Shown here in pieces: positions 45,121-56,224 of a DNA stretch of 64,000 bases. Origin of the DNA: an uncultured Alphaproteobacteria bacterium (lineage in GTDB: Bacteria > Pseudomonadota > Alphaproteobacteria > ATCC43930 > CGMCC-115725); contig CAVVGE010000009.1 in assembly GCA_963747735.1 (NCBI GenBank), forward strand, positions 6,257 through 70,256. Direction: 5' to 3'. How positions within the stretch are numbered: position 1 is the stretch's first letter; each line of letters begins with the position of its first letter. Under the pieces are notes generated by a model that worked only from the letters and a program-made list of their open reading frames with translations, was not told where the DNA came from and did not search any database. A program made the position numbers and the translations under genes.

Positions 45121-45986
45121 TCGACCAGCACCAGGCGGTGGCCGTCGGGGTCTTGCACTGGACAGGGTGAAGCGCCGGGCGAGGGGCTGACCGCGAGCGT
45201 CACCCAATCCGTCACCCCATCGTTGGCAGCGACGCTCCCCGCCGGCCGGCCCGGCGGGTCATAGCCCAGCAGTTCCAGCCCCGGGCCGGCGATCGAGGCG
45301 GGGCGCAGGCCGGTCACCTGCACCACCGCGCCCGGCAGCCCGTCCAGCCGCGCCTGGGCCGGACCGCGGTTCAGCGATCGCTCGCTGACCCGCAGCCCCA
45401 ATCCGCGATAAAAATCGAGGCTGTGCGGCGTCGCGGCGACGGCGAAGGCGCTGTGGTCGATGCCGAGAAACGGCCCGCCGGGCGCGCCCTGGCGCCAGAC
45501 GGGGCGGCCCTGGCCGAGTGGAAACCAGATCAGCTCCAGCGGGTGGCCGTCCGGATCGCGGAACTTGAACGCCCGCACCGCGCCGTTCGCCGGCGGCAAT
45601 AATTGCGGCCCACCCTCGCTGATCGGACGCCACCCGGAATGCGAGGACAAATGCGCATAGGCCACGTCCATGTCGTTGACCGCGATCGCCAGATGCTGGA
45701 ACCACAAATCATCGCTTCGGCTGTCCGTCGGGTAAGGCCGGCCGGGCGCGGCGAAGCGCACCAGGGCGATGTCCTCGGCGCCCAGCCGCATCACGATTTC
45801 CGCGGTATCATCATCTCCGAGACGCCCTTGCGCGGTCGTGCGAAACCCGAGCGCGTCCCGGTAGAACGCCTCGGCACGCCGCAGATCGGCGACCACGCGG
45901 CTGATTTGCGGGACACGCTGCGCCTGGAAGCGAGGGCATGGCGCAGCCGCCGCCGGAGAAGGCAAGGCGGCGGCGGAAACCGTCAC
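45087..45986 (-). CDS. VOC (glyoxalase/bleomycin-resistance/dioxygenase) family protein, two-domain
   Basis: ISRVVADLRRAEAFYRDALGF...FRDPDGHPLELI and IDHSAFAV...VQDPDGHRLVLV are repeated VOC modules. Confidence 0.75.
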   Translation of the reverse strand: MTVSAAALPSPAAAAPCPRFQAQRVPQISRVVADLRRAEAFYRDALGFRTTAQGRLGDDDTAEIVMRLGAEDIALVRFAAPGRPYPTDSRSDDLWFQHLAIAVNDMDVAYAHLSSHSGWRPISEGGPQLLPPANGAVRAFKFRDPDGHPLELIWFPLGQGRPVWRQGAPGGPFLGIDHSAFAVAATPHSLDFYRGLGLRVSERSLNRGPAQARLDGLPGAVVQVTGLRPASIAGPGLELLGYDPPGRPAGSVAANDGVTDWVTLAVSPSPGASPCPVQDPDGHRLVLVDQCSGMTGLPA

Positions 45987-47560
45987 GCCCCGAGCCTTTC
46001 CTTGATCCAGTCGGCGACCCGCAGCGCGTTGGCGATGATCGTCAAGGTCGGGTTCACCGCGCCGATTGACGGGAAGAAGCTCGCATCCGTGATGTAAAGA
46101 TTATCCAGCTGGTGCGCCTTGCAGTCGAGATCCAGCACCGAGCTGGCCGGATCGACGCCGAACCGGCAGGTGCCGGCCTGGTGCGCCGTGCCGCCGATCG
46201 GGATGTCCTTGCCGAGATAAAGCTGCCGCTCGATCAGATGGGGCCAGGCGCGCATCGGCGTCAGCAGCCCTTCCAGCTTCGCCCTCAGACGCCGGGCGGC
46301 CTCCAGGTTGCCCTCGTGGATATCCAGCACTACGCGGTCGCCATCGTAGCGGATGCGGTTTTCCGAACGCGGCAGATCCTCGCTCTGCAACCAGAAATCG
46401 ATCGAATACTCCGCCATCTTGTCAAACGGCATCTCGGGCAGCCACGCGAGATAGCCGGGCAATGCCTCGCCGCGGATCTGTTCACCGTGCGACTTGGCGC
46501 ACATCTGAATCAAGCCCAGCGGATACTCCCAATCTTTCCCGCTGAAGTAGAAGTCGCTAACCGCCAGCGTCTTCTGGAACACGGTGTGGTTAGGCTCCTT
46601 CAGCAATGCCATGACGATCGACATGTTGTGCCGGATGTAGTTGCGTCCGACCTGGCCCGAGCCGTTGGCCAACCCCTGCGGATGCGCGTCGCTCGCCGAG
46701 CGCAACAGCAGCAATGCGGAGTTCAAGGCTCCGCAGGCAGCCACCACGATGTCGGCCGAATACTGTTCCGGCTGGTTGTCGCGGATCACATGCACGCGGC
46801 TGACGCTGCGGCCGCCGGCATCGGTCTCCAGCCGGGTGACGTAGGCGTTCGTCAGCAAGGTGAAATTGGGGTACGCCGCGCGAGCCGGGTCGACGCAGAT
46901 CACCTGGGCGTCGGCCTTGGCGTTGACCGCGCAGGGAAAGCCGTCAAAGGCGTCGCAGCGGATGCAGGGGCTGTAGGTGGTTGCGCTGCCGTCGGGGTTC
47001 TGGTCGAGCTTGATGCCCAGCGGCAGATGGAATGGATGCAGTCCCTCGCGCTGCAGGATGCCGCTCAGCTCCTCGATGCGCCGCTCGTGCCGGATCGGCG
47101 GATAGGCGTAGGGCGCGCTCGACCAGGGTTCAGTGGGGTCCTCGCCGCGCTTTCCGTGCACATGGTACAGCGCCTCGGCCGCGGTGTAGTAGGGTTCGAA
47201 CACATCGTAGCCGAGCGGCCAGGCCGGCGAGATTCCGTCCTTGTGCCGCACTTCGCCGAAATCTTGTTCGCGTAGACGGAACAGGGCGGCGCCGTACATT
47301 TTGGAGTTGCCGCCGACGAAATAGTGCAGCCCGGGATGAAACGCGCTGCCATCGCCGCCGTACCATGTCTCCGTCGCCTGGTAGGTGGCATCGACAAACA
47401 CGGTCTTCGCATCCCAGTTGCCTCGGGACCGCGGCAGGTAGTCACCGCGTTCCAGCATGAGGATGCGCCTGCCGGTGCCGGCCAGGTGGTGCGCGAGGGA
47501 GGCGCCGCCGGGCCCGCTGCCAATGACGATGACGTCGTAATGGTCGGGCGTCGGCGCCAT
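45983..47560 (-). CDS. GMC-family FAD-dependent oxidoreductase
   Basis: MAPTPDHYDVIVIGSGPGGASLAHHLAGTGRRILMLERGDY, and C-terminal ...GGTAHQAGTCRFG...NLYITDASFFPSIGAVNPTLTIIANALRVAD. The start was trimmed from the 603-aa ORF. Confidence 0.85.
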   Translation of the reverse strand: MAPTPDHYDVIVIGSGPGGASLAHHLAGTGRRILMLERGDYLPRSRGNWDAKTVFVDATYQATETWYGGDGSAFHPGLHYFVGGNSKMYGAALFRLREQDFGEVRHKDGISPAWPLGYDVFEPYYTAAEALYHVHGKRGEDPTEPWSSAPYAYPPIRHERRIEELSGILQREGLHPFHLPLGIKLDQNPDGSATTYSPCIRCDAFDGFPCAVNAKADAQVICVDPARAAYPNFTLLTNAYVTRLETDAGGRSVSRVHVIRDNQPEQYSADIVVAACGALNSALLLLRSASDAHPQGLANGSGQVGRNYIRHNMSIVMALLKEPNHTVFQKTLAVSDFYFSGKDWEYPLGLIQMCAKSHGEQIRGEALPGYLAWLPEMPFDKMAEYSIDFWLQSEDLPRSENRIRYDGDRVVLDIHEGNLEAARRLRAKLEGLLTPMRAWPHLIERQLYLGKDIPIGGTAHQAGTCRFGVDPASSVLDLDCKAHQLDNLYITDASFFPSIGAVNPTLTIIANALRVADWIKERLGA

Positions 47561-47562
47561 TC

Positions 47563-48350
47563 CTACAATTCCCCGCGTGCGGCCAGTGCGCGGATGCGAT
47601 CCGCCGTGCGCAGCGCGATGCTGGTGATGGTCAGCGACGGGTTGACACCGCCGGTCGTCGGGAACACCGAGCCGTCGCAGACCCAGAGATTGGGGATGTG
47701 CCAGCTCCGGCAATCCGCATTGACGACGCTCGTCGCCGGGTCGCCGCCCATGCGCGCCGTGCCGGCGAGATGATTGGTGTCGTCCTCTTGCCAAAAGATG
47801 TCGGTGGCGCCGACCGCTTCGAGGCTGGTCTGCATCTGGCCGAGCGCATGCCGGATCAGCGCCTTGTCGTTGTCGCCCCAGCTATAGGTGACGGGGGCGA
47901 CGCGTAGCCCGTAGCGGTCCTTGTCATCGGCCAACGTCACCCGGTTGCGCTCGTCCGGCAGCATCTCGCCGACCATCTTCAATCCGACCTGATGGTTGTA
48001 TTTCTCCATCTCGTCGCGCAAGGCGTGGCCCCAAAGGCCGCGCGAGATGGTCTGTATCGACACCCATTCGACCGGCAGCGGCCCCTGCGCCATCCAGCAG
48101 TAGCCGCCGGCGAAATCCTTGCGATCGTCGTAGTTCCAGTGCTCGGTGATGGACAGCGAGGGCGGGCCTTTGTACCAGCGCACCTCCTGTTCCATCGTGC
48201 CGAACACGGCTTGGTTGGACTGCGTCATCAGGTTCCTGCCAACGAGGCCGGAGCTGTTGGCGAGCCGTCCGGGCATCTGTCGGTGGCAGACGCCAGCAAT
48301 AGCCGCGGCGTCTCGATCACGCCGGCCGCCCGGTTCATCCGCCGGGCCGC
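47563..48350 (-). pseudogene. second GMC oxidoreductase, C-terminal half only, frameshifted
   Basis: AAGVIETPRLLLASATDRCPDG (one frame), then LANSSGLVGRNLM...HLAGTARMGGDPATSVVNADCRSWHIPNLWVCDGSVFPTTGGVNPSLTI. The N-terminal FAD domain is missing. A TAT-signal-like MTRDTTVFATSTAAFLDLAVLALAF piece lies upstream. Confidence 0.6.
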
Positions 48351-48518
48351 GCGGACGGCGGCGCCGGGATCGATCGTCGGGGCGCTCGCCGCGGCCGGCG
48401 AGCGCCGGCGACTGCTGCCTTGGCAGCCGGCCGAAAGGCGAGGGCCAGGACCGCAAGATCCAGGAATGCGGCGGTGGACGTCGCGAAGACGGTGGTGTCG
48501 CGCGTCATCCGCGACGCG

Positions 48519-50302
48519 TCAACTTTTCCCGCCGGGCAACACGCTGGCAAGGATCTGCCGGGCGCTCTCCTTCAACACGCTGCCCAGCTCCGGCTCGCTG
48601 CCCATCATAGTCATGAAGTTCTTTGCGTCTTTCGGCGTGATGTGCGGCGGCAGCGGAGGCACGTTTGGGTCGGTGTAGCACTCCAGGATCACCGGGCGAT
48701 CGGCTGCCAGCGCCTCGTCCCACGCCGCGCCCAGCCGCTCCGGGTCATCGACGAAGATGCCTTTCAGACCCAGCAGTTCGGCGTATTTGTGGTAGGGGAA
48801 ATCTGGGATGCTCTGCGTCGACTCGGTCTTGCCCTCGCCGAGCTGGATGCGTTCCTCCCAGGTCACCTGGTTGAGGTCGCGGTTGTTGAGCACCATGACG
48901 ATCAGCCGCGGGTCCGACCATTCCTTCCAGTATTTGGAGATGGTGATCATCACGTTGAGCCCGTTCATCTGCATCGCCCCGTCGCCGATGAAGGCGATCA
49001 CCACACGGTCGGGGAACGCCATCTTCGCCGCCACCGGGTAGGGCGTCGCCGCCCCGAGCGAGGCTAGGCTCCCGGACAGCGATCCCATCATGCCGCGGCG
49101 CATCTTGATGTCGCGCGCATACCAATTGGCCACCGATCCAGAATCGTCGGTCATGATGCAGCGCTCAGGTAACCGCTTCGACAATTCCCAGAACACGCGT
49201 TGCGGGTTTATCGGATCGGCCACTGTCATCGCCCGCTGTTCGAGTGTCTTCCACCACGCGGCGATGCCGGTTTCGATGCCTTTCCGCTAGGTGCTCGCCG
49301 GCTTCTGGTCCAGCAATGGCAGCAGGGCGCGCAACGTGACGGCGCTGCCCACCATGCTGACCTCCATTGGGTAGCGCAGGCTGAGCATGGTGCCGTCGAT
49401 GTCGATCTGGACGCCGCGCGCGGCGCCGGGCTCGGGCAGAAACTCGCTGTACGGAAAGGCCGAGCCGACCATCAGGAAGGTGTCGCAGCCCTTCATCAGG
49501 TCCCAGGACGGCTTGGTCCCCAACAGGCCGAGCGATCCGGTGACCCAGGACAAATCGTCCGGCAGCGCGGCCTTGCCCAACAGGGCCTTGGCCACCCCGG
49601 CCTGCAACCTCTCGGTTACCGCGATCACCTCGTCGGTAGCGCCGAGCGCTCCGGCGCCGACCAGGATGGCGACTTTGTCGCCCGCACTGAGCACGGCGGC
49701 CGCCTGCTTAAGAAGGTCCATTTTCGGCAGTTGCGCCGGGCCGGCACCACCAACACCGGTGTGGGTGGTGCCGTGGACCACCGGCGGGTCCTGATAGGTC
49801 AGCTCCTGAAGATCGTTGGGGATGATGACGCAGGTGACGGTTCGCCTCGTGGAGGCGATGCGCACGGCCCGGTCGATCAGGTGACGAATCTGGCTCGGCA
49901 CGCTGGCCATCGCAACAAAGTCCGCGGCGACGTCCTTGAACAGCGATTGCAGGTCTACTTCCTGCTGGTAATGCGCGCCGATGGCGGTGCGCGCCTGCTG
50001 GCCGACGATGGCGACGACCGACACGTGGTCCATCTTCGCGTCATAGAGGCCAGTCAGCAGGTGGATCGCACCCGGCCCGGAAGTGGCATAGCAAAGCCCG
50101 ACCTCGCCGGTGAACTTGGCGTGGCCCGATGCCATGAAGGCGGCCATCTCCTCATGCCGGACCTGGATGTATTGGAGGCTGTCCTTGACCTTTTCCAGCG
50201 CGATGTCGAGGCCGCCGACTCCGTCGCCGGGATAGCCATGAACGCGCTTGATCCCCATTCCTGCACGCGATGCCATACGAAATCGCTGACGTTCATGCTC
50301 AT
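48519..50302 (-). pseudogene. thiamine-diphosphate enzyme (pyruvate oxidase/PoxB-like) with an N-terminal frameshift and an in-frame TAG
   Basis: MSMNVSDFVWHRVQEWG, then a shift in a G-run, then IKRVHGYPGDGVGG...GPGAIHLLTGLYDA...PAST-TAG(49287)-RKGIETGIAAWWKTLEQRAMTVADP...IGDGAMQMNG...VLNNRDLN (the TPP motif). The two long ORFs are in the same frame. Confidence 0.8.
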
Positions 50303-50501
50303 TCGCGAGGCTCCGAGAGATGCAACCGAACGGGGATCACGGCGCCTGAGGACCCGATCAGAACTCAAGGCCACCCCTGCGCTGCGCGTAAAACACCAAA
50401 CGCTGCTAACGGGCGAACGTTCCGCCGTTAGCGGGGATAGGGACGGCGACGAAGGCGTTTGCCGCCGAGTCTGTGAAGCTAAAACTGTCAAGGAGCTGCG
50501 G

Positions 50502-51386
50502 ATGGAAATCGAAGTGGTCGTGAATGCGGGTGCGACGATCGGGGAATCGCCGACCTGGGCGCCCACGGAGAAGGCGCTGTATTGGATCGATGTGAAGAAG
50601 CCTGCGCTTTATCGTTATGGTCCGGCCACCGGAGACCAACGATCCTGGCCGATGTCGAGTGATATCGGCGCCTTCGCCTTGGTCTCCGGCCCGCCGGGCG
50701 CCGTGGTCGCGCTGCGGCATGGCATCTTTCGGCTCGATTTTGCCTCTGGGACGCTCGCGCGGCTGGCACCCCCGCCCTTCGACCCGGCACTGTTCCGCTT
50801 TAACGAAGGTGCGTGCGACAGCGCCGGCCGCTTCTGGGTCGGGGTGATGTTCGACCCGCTCGATGGCGCCGTTCCGCCGCGGGAAGCGTCGCTGCACAGC
50901 TTCACCCTGGACGGCGGCCTGCGCGCCGAACCGGACGCCGCCGAACTGCATAACGGCATGGCGTGGAGCCCGGACGGTCGCCTGTTCTATCTGGCGCACA
51001 GCCAGCGGCGGGAGGTGCTCGCCTATGCCGTCGATCCGGGGACCGGCCGGCTCGGCGCCCGCAATCCCTTTGCCCGGGTGCCGCAGGCGCTCGGCCTTCC
51101 CGACGGCGCGGCGGTCGACCGCCAGGGCGGGTATTGGTGTGCCTTGCACGGCGGCGGCCGTTTGCGGCGCTACACGGCGGCGGGCGCGGTGGACCGGGAC
51201 ATCGCGCTGCCGGTGAGCCAGCCGACGATGTGCGCCTTCGGCGGCGAGGCGCTTGATATGCTGTACGTGACCAGCGCCACCGACAAGCTCACCCTGGAGC
51301 AGCGCCAGCGCGAGCCGCTTGCCGGCGCGTTGCTGCGCCTGCGGCCGGGCGCGACGGGCATCGTCCGGCATTGCATGCTGCGATAA
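50502..51386 (+). CDS. SMP-30/gluconolactonase/LRE-family protein
   Basis: The ATG is preceded by AAGGAG. MEIEVVVNAGATIGESPTWAPTEKALYWIDVKKPALYRY...DGAAVDRQGGYWCALHGGGRLRRY...LYVTSA is the typical family pattern. Confidence 0.8.
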   Translation: MEIEVVVNAGATIGESPTWAPTEKALYWIDVKKPALYRYGPATGDQRSWPMSSDIGAFALVSGPPGAVVALRHGIFRLDFASGTLARLAPPPFDPALFRFNEGACDSAGRFWVGVMFDPLDGAVPPREASLHSFTLDGGLRAEPDAAELHNGMAWSPDGRLFYLAHSQRREVLAYAVDPGTGRLGARNPFARVPQALGLPDGAAVDRQGGYWCALHGGGRLRRYTAAGAVDRDIALPVSQPTMCAFGGEALDMLYVTSATDKLTLEQRQREPLAGALLRLRPGATGIVRHCMLR

Positions 51387-51398
51387 TCATCAGCGGCA

Positions 51399-53684
51399 TC
51401 ATCCGGCTACCGCAGCATGCGAGAGGGTGATCGCGCTCCCGACGTCGAGAGCCGCGCACAGGGCTGCCGCGACCCGGTCCGTGCCTTCCGGGGTCGCAGC
51501 ATCACGCGGCGGGAGCCGGCATATGTGCAGGCCGCCATTCTCGATCACCTCGACCTCGGTGTGACCCGAAGCGTCCCGCCGGAACTTCAGCGCGGCGCGG
51601 GATTGCCCGACTTGGATGTTGTGCACCGTGACCTCCGGCAGCCATTCGGGGAGCGCAGGATCGACGATCAATGTCTTGCGGGGCGCCAGCGGCAGCAGGC
51701 CGAGCATCGTGTTGACGAGCAGGATCACCGCGCCCGCAGACCAGGCCTGCGGCGAGCACGCGCCCGGATAGAGACCCGGATGCGGGTGACGCGCATCACG
51801 CGGGTGGCCGCCGAAAACCTCCGGCAGGCGGTCGAGGTCGAAGATCCGGCTCGCCGCAAGCAACGCTCCGGCCACCGCGTGCATCGCCGCGTCGAATCCG
51901 TAGCGCTTGAGCCCACAGGCGGCGATCGAGTTCGGTGACGGCCAGACTGAGCCGAGATGATAGGCGAAAGGGTTGTAGGCCGGGTGCCGGCTGGACAGCG
52001 TGCGGATGCCCCAGCCGCTGAACATGTCGGGAGCCATCAGCCGCTCAGCGACGGCGCCGGCCTTGTCCTCGTCCACGATGCCGTAGGCGAGACATGCGCC
52101 GGGGTCCGACGCTACGGTCTTGACTTGGCGCTTGTCCGGATCGAGAGCCATGGCGAAGTAGCGCTCGTCGGGCATCCAGAAGCGCTCGTTGAACCGGCGC
52201 TTCAGCTCGCTTGCCTCGGCAAGAAGCCGGTCGGCCCGGTGGTGCTCGCCCGCCGCCGCGAAAGCCAGCGCTATGGCCTGCTTGCCGGCATAGTAGAGGC
52301 CTTGGATGTCCGACATGGCGATCGGATTGCTCACCATCCGCCCGTCCGGGTACAGGACCGCGTCGCCCGAATCCTTCCAGCTCTGGTTCTTCAAGCCGTT
52401 CAGGGCGCGCGTTTGATAGGGGTAGAAGCCCTCGCTGTCGGCGTTTTTCTCCATCCATTCGAGCGTGCCCAGCAGCTTGTCCCGCAGCGAGCGAAAGAAC
52501 TCGAGGTCGCCGGTATGGGCGAGGTCGGCCGCCGCCGCGAGCAGGAACAGACCGGGCGTCGAATGGTCGCCGTAGTAATGGAGGAACGGTGTCCTGCCGA
52601 GTTGTGCAAGCGGCCCCCGCTCGCGCTGATGCAGGACTTTTCCTGGCTCCGCGTCGTAGCGGTCGTCCGTCGTCTCTGCGTTCCAGCGGCTGACTACTCG
52701 TAACGCGCCCCGCAGCGTGGCGGGGTTGAACGCGGCCGTCTGCAACGCCGTGACGTAGGCATCGCGCCCGAACAGTCCGGTGTAGTTCGGCATGCCCGCC
52801 ACGACCATGAACGGCTCGGCGCCAGGCCCTTCAAGGAGCTGCAGCGAGGCGAGATCGGAGACCGCCCGCTCCCACGCCGCCTGCACCGCCGGGTTCGCCG
52901 CCGACAGGCGCGCACAGCCGGCGACCCAGTCGCGGCAAGCTAGGGTTGCGGGTGCATCGGGTGGAAACGACCCGTCGCGGCGATAGAACGGCTCGGTCAC
53001 CTCGCCTGTGAAGACCGGGGCCACCTCCACCGATATCAGACGCGGCTCGTGGGGACAGAGGCCGAGGCGGCAGGCCACTTCGTTGCCCAGGTCGGTCAGC
53101 TCGTCCCCGCCGGAGAGGCGGATGCGGGTCGCCAGATCGAGCTCGGGATGCCGGTAACAAAACTCCAGCCTGCCTCCGCTCTCCCCGGTTTCCTCGGCCC
53201 CGCCGCCGGACCAGCGGCGCCGGACCAACGCCTGCTGCTGCCGCTTGCCTGATTGTGCCTCGTTCAGGTCGGCAAGTCGGCCGCAAGCTCGAGCGATAGC
53301 GTGACCGATGTCTCGATCATCGCATGATTGGTCACGAAGATGTCGAGGCGCAGGCCGCCGCCGCAGAAGGCGTTGACCTGCACCTCGATGCCCTTGCCGG
53401 CGATCTCACCACCGCTGCCGCTGTCGTCTTCCGGCGTCGGACCGGCGGCGCGCCCGGCGGGTGACGGCGCGAGGTGATAGGAGGTGATGAAGTGGTGATT
53501 TGCGACATTCGCCGACACGAACATCGGCGAGGCGCCGTCCACCTTGAACCTAAAGCGCGACAGGAAGCGGGTCTGGTGAAGGTATAACCCCTCCATCCCG
53601 CCGCCGATGCGACCGTGCGGTCACCAGCACCACGCATCCCCGATGCGCGATCAGATTGTCCGGGCGCACCGCGCAGCGGTTCAT
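51399..53684 (-). pseudogene. amylo-alpha-1,6-glucosidase / glycogen-debranching (GDE) family protein, at least 2 frameshifts
   Basis: MNRCAVRPDNLIAHRGCVVLVTA, then a shift, then GRIGGGMEGLYLHQTRFLSRFRFKVDG...LELAADL, then a shift near 53270, then DLNEAQSGKR...MPNYTGLFGRDAYVTA...YHLGSVWPSPNS...ACSPQAWSAGAV. Three frames are used. Confidence 0.75.
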
Positions 53685-53908
53685 GTCCGCGAAAGGTTTC
53701 GCTGACGCTCCCGGTTCGCAGGAGGTCGAGTGGCTTCCGGCGCCCGCCGACCAACAAACTCACCGGTATCGCCATTCGAGGCGAACGATGTCACAGGTGC
53801 GAGCGCTTCCGGCGTCGATCCCGTCGATCCGGGTTCGAATGCGAGAGCTTTGGGCTGGTCGGCATCGGATTTCAGTGCCGTGGCCGTCGACGCATTCGGG
53901 TTATCCAT
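53681..53908 (-). CDS. small hypothetical protein (acidic, low complexity)
   Basis: The ATG lies 5 nt after GGAGAGGA. Its stop overlaps the GDE-family start (ATGA). No recognisable domain. Confidence 0.35.
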   Translation of the reverse strand: MDNPNASTATALKSDADQPKALAFEPGSTGSTPEALAPVTSFASNGDTGEFVGRRAPEATRPPANRERQRNLSRT

Positions 53909-54061
53909 GCGTCCTCTCCATCATGGGCTGAAGCTCGCGGGCAACGATCGGATAGAGGTACGGCCCGCCCTGGGACAGCGGTTGCCCGCTGGCTGGAACA
54001 GCCCGCTCTCGGGGTCAGGCGTCAGGACGGGGCAACCCGGCCGATCGGCAGTCAGAGCCGA

Positions 54062-54832
54062 TCACTCGTCGATCCACTGGATGCCGTAATACGTCAGAAG
54101 TTTTTCATCGTAGGCCGGATCGATCATCGTCGATGGATCGTATGTCGGACTGTCCTTGACCCGTTGACGATCGAGATTGAGGTTCACCAGCTTATCGGTC
54201 CAATCGATCTCCCGTGCCGAGCGCGGCGAAATCAGGACCTTCTTCCCGGGCCACCAGTTCTTGGTATCGACGACGAGGTAATGGATGCGCCAATCGGCAT
54301 CCTCGACGAGAAAGTCTTCGACGTGACCGATCTCGCCGTCGGTGGCGTGGATATGATACCCGGTGACCTCTTCGATGCTGCGCAGATGCGGATCGTCGCG
54401 GCTGCGCTGGACGTCGGCAATAACCTCATCGTGCCGCCTCGCGGCCGCGAAAGGTGATCCCGCCATGGTGCCGCCCATATAGCCGGCACCGCCCATGTAA
54501 AAGCCGGTGCCCCAGTACGGGCTCCAGCCATAGTAGTCGTAAACAGTGGTCTCCATCTGTCGCGACACCGCCCGATCGGTGTCGATCTCCGGGCTGTCCT
54601 TGACCTGCTGCATGGTCAATCCGACCGAGAACTCGTCTCCTCTTGTGTCAAGACGACCGAGGACGGAGGGAGGCAGCAGGACTTTGCGGCCGGACAGCCA
54701 GTTGCCGGTATCGACCACCAACCAGCGCACGGACCACCTGGCATCGTCAAACAGAAAGTCGCTGACCGTGCCAATTCGACCATCGCTCGCGGCGATGGCG
54801 TAGCCATTGATTAACGATGCACTCCTCAACAT
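54062..54832 (-). CDS. PRC-barrel domain protein (two PRC-barrel modules)
   Basis: LINGYAIAASDGRIGTVSDFLFDDARWSVRWLVVDTGNWLSGRKVLLPP and GYHIHATDGEIGHVEDFLVEDADWRIHYLVVDTKNWWPGKKVLISP. Confidence 0.85.
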   Translation of the reverse strand: MLRSASLINGYAIAASDGRIGTVSDFLFDDARWSVRWLVVDTGNWLSGRKVLLPPSVLGRLDTRGDEFSVGLTMQQVKDSPEIDTDRAVSRQMETTVYDYYGWSPYWGTGFYMGGAGYMGGTMAGSPFAAARRHDEVIADVQRSRDDPHLRSIEEVTGYHIHATDGEIGHVEDFLVEDADWRIHYLVVDTKNWWPGKKVLISPRSAREIDWTDKLVNLNLDRQRVKDSPTYDPSTMIDPAYDEKLLTYYGIQWIDE

Positions 54833-54870
54833 TGCGTGCTCCTGTAGCGTTTACGTGTCCTGCAGATCTG

Positions 54871-55790
54871 CTATTTGAAAGCGGGATCAGCCTTCGGATC
54901 GGTTGCAGCCTCCGCTGAGAGGTGCATCTTCCAGTACGAATCCACTTTCTGACTCTGCTGATCGAAGTGGCCGGGGCTGGTAAATTGGTCCTTCTTCACC
55001 TGCGGAGCGGCATTCATCGCGCCTTTGGTGGTGTCGAGCACGAGCAGGCTCGCGTTCGGGGTTATTTTAAAGTCCTCCCAGGGGACCGGGACGTAATTTG
55101 CATCGATGCCGAAAATTCCGCCGCGCGCGATGACCAGATAGGCGATCTTGCTGGTCTGCGGGCTCATCAGCAGGTCATCGACGCTCCCGAGCGCCTGATT
55201 CTGCGGGTTGCGCACGCCGGTGCCGAGCAGCTCATCAGACCGGTATGAGGTATTCTTGCCGGTGACCGGTTGCGCGGCGGCGATCTGCTGCTGCCGCCAG
55301 CCCGGTACATCTGCCCGCGATGCGCCCCCGCTATGCAGATCGGCCAGGTAGACTTTGTAGATCTCGCGGGTCGTGGCGAGCACGTCCTCACATTGCTGCT
55401 GTTGGCCGTGTCGGGCGAGAATGTCGGCGGATGCAATGAGGGTACGGACCTCGTAGCCCGGGCGCACGGTATGGTAACCGGCCGCACCAGTCGCCGGGTG
55501 GTGACGCATCGAAGAACCGTAACCGTACCCGTAACCAAATCCGGCTATCGGATAGCCGTAGCCGTAGACGGATTCGCCCAGCCAGTAGCCCTCCTTCCCC
55601 ATCTGACTGTCGAAGGCGCGCAGATCGCTCAGACACTTTGCCGCGGGCTTGTGGCGGAGACGGACTGCTCACTGGGCGGGGCCCGGTTCACCGTGCCGGT
55701 TGCCGCAGGAGGCTCAGCCGCGAGCAGCGGCGCAGCCAGACCAAGCCAGAAACAAGTAGCCGCGGAGCCGGCGAGAATCGTGCGTTTCAT
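54871..55790 (-). pseudogene. secreted PRC-barrel domain protein, frameshifted near 55655
   Basis: The signal peptide ORF MKRTILAGSAATCFWLGLAAPLLAAEPP... (ATG at 55790 behind GGAGAGGAAG) runs into a TGA. The body ...[25 protein letters not shown]...[46 protein letters not shown] is in another frame. Confidence 0.65.
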
Positions 55791-55965
55791 ATGCTTCCTC
55801 TCCTTGTTGCGGGTTTGGCCCGACGGGGACTTGGGCTGCCGTTAGCATGGCCACCAAGTCGAGATGGCGGTCGCCGGATGACGGCGGCAGAATCGGAAAC
55901 TACCGAGACTGAGTGCGGGCAATTCGCCGATCACCAAGCTCTCGGCAGCTAAGCAGCATCCATTG

Positions 55966-56046
55966 CTACCACCGCCGGCGATACCCGTAATAACCACCGC
56001 CGCCGAAAAGGAGCAAAAGCACGACGATAATCAGGATGGTTGTCAT
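55966..56046 (-). CDS. 26-aa hydrophobic peptide (MTTILIIVVLLLLFGGGGYYGYRRRW)
   Basis: ATG behind GAGGAAG. It is paralogous, including about 100 nt of upstream sequence, to 60981-61061. Confidence 0.5.
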   Translation of the reverse strand: MTTILIIVVLLLLFGGGGYYGYRRRW

Positions 56047-56224
56047 AGCTTCCTCTAAACCATAAATCGGGGAACTTCCCTTCTGCATATGGGTTCAGAA
56101 TAACGGCGTCACCATCCTCGGAATCTACCTAGTGCCCGCCGGTAGAATCTGTCGTCAACGTCGCACTTGACAGGACAACGCCGACGATGGCCAAGGCGGC
56201 GAAGGGTCTGACCGGAGGCACGAC

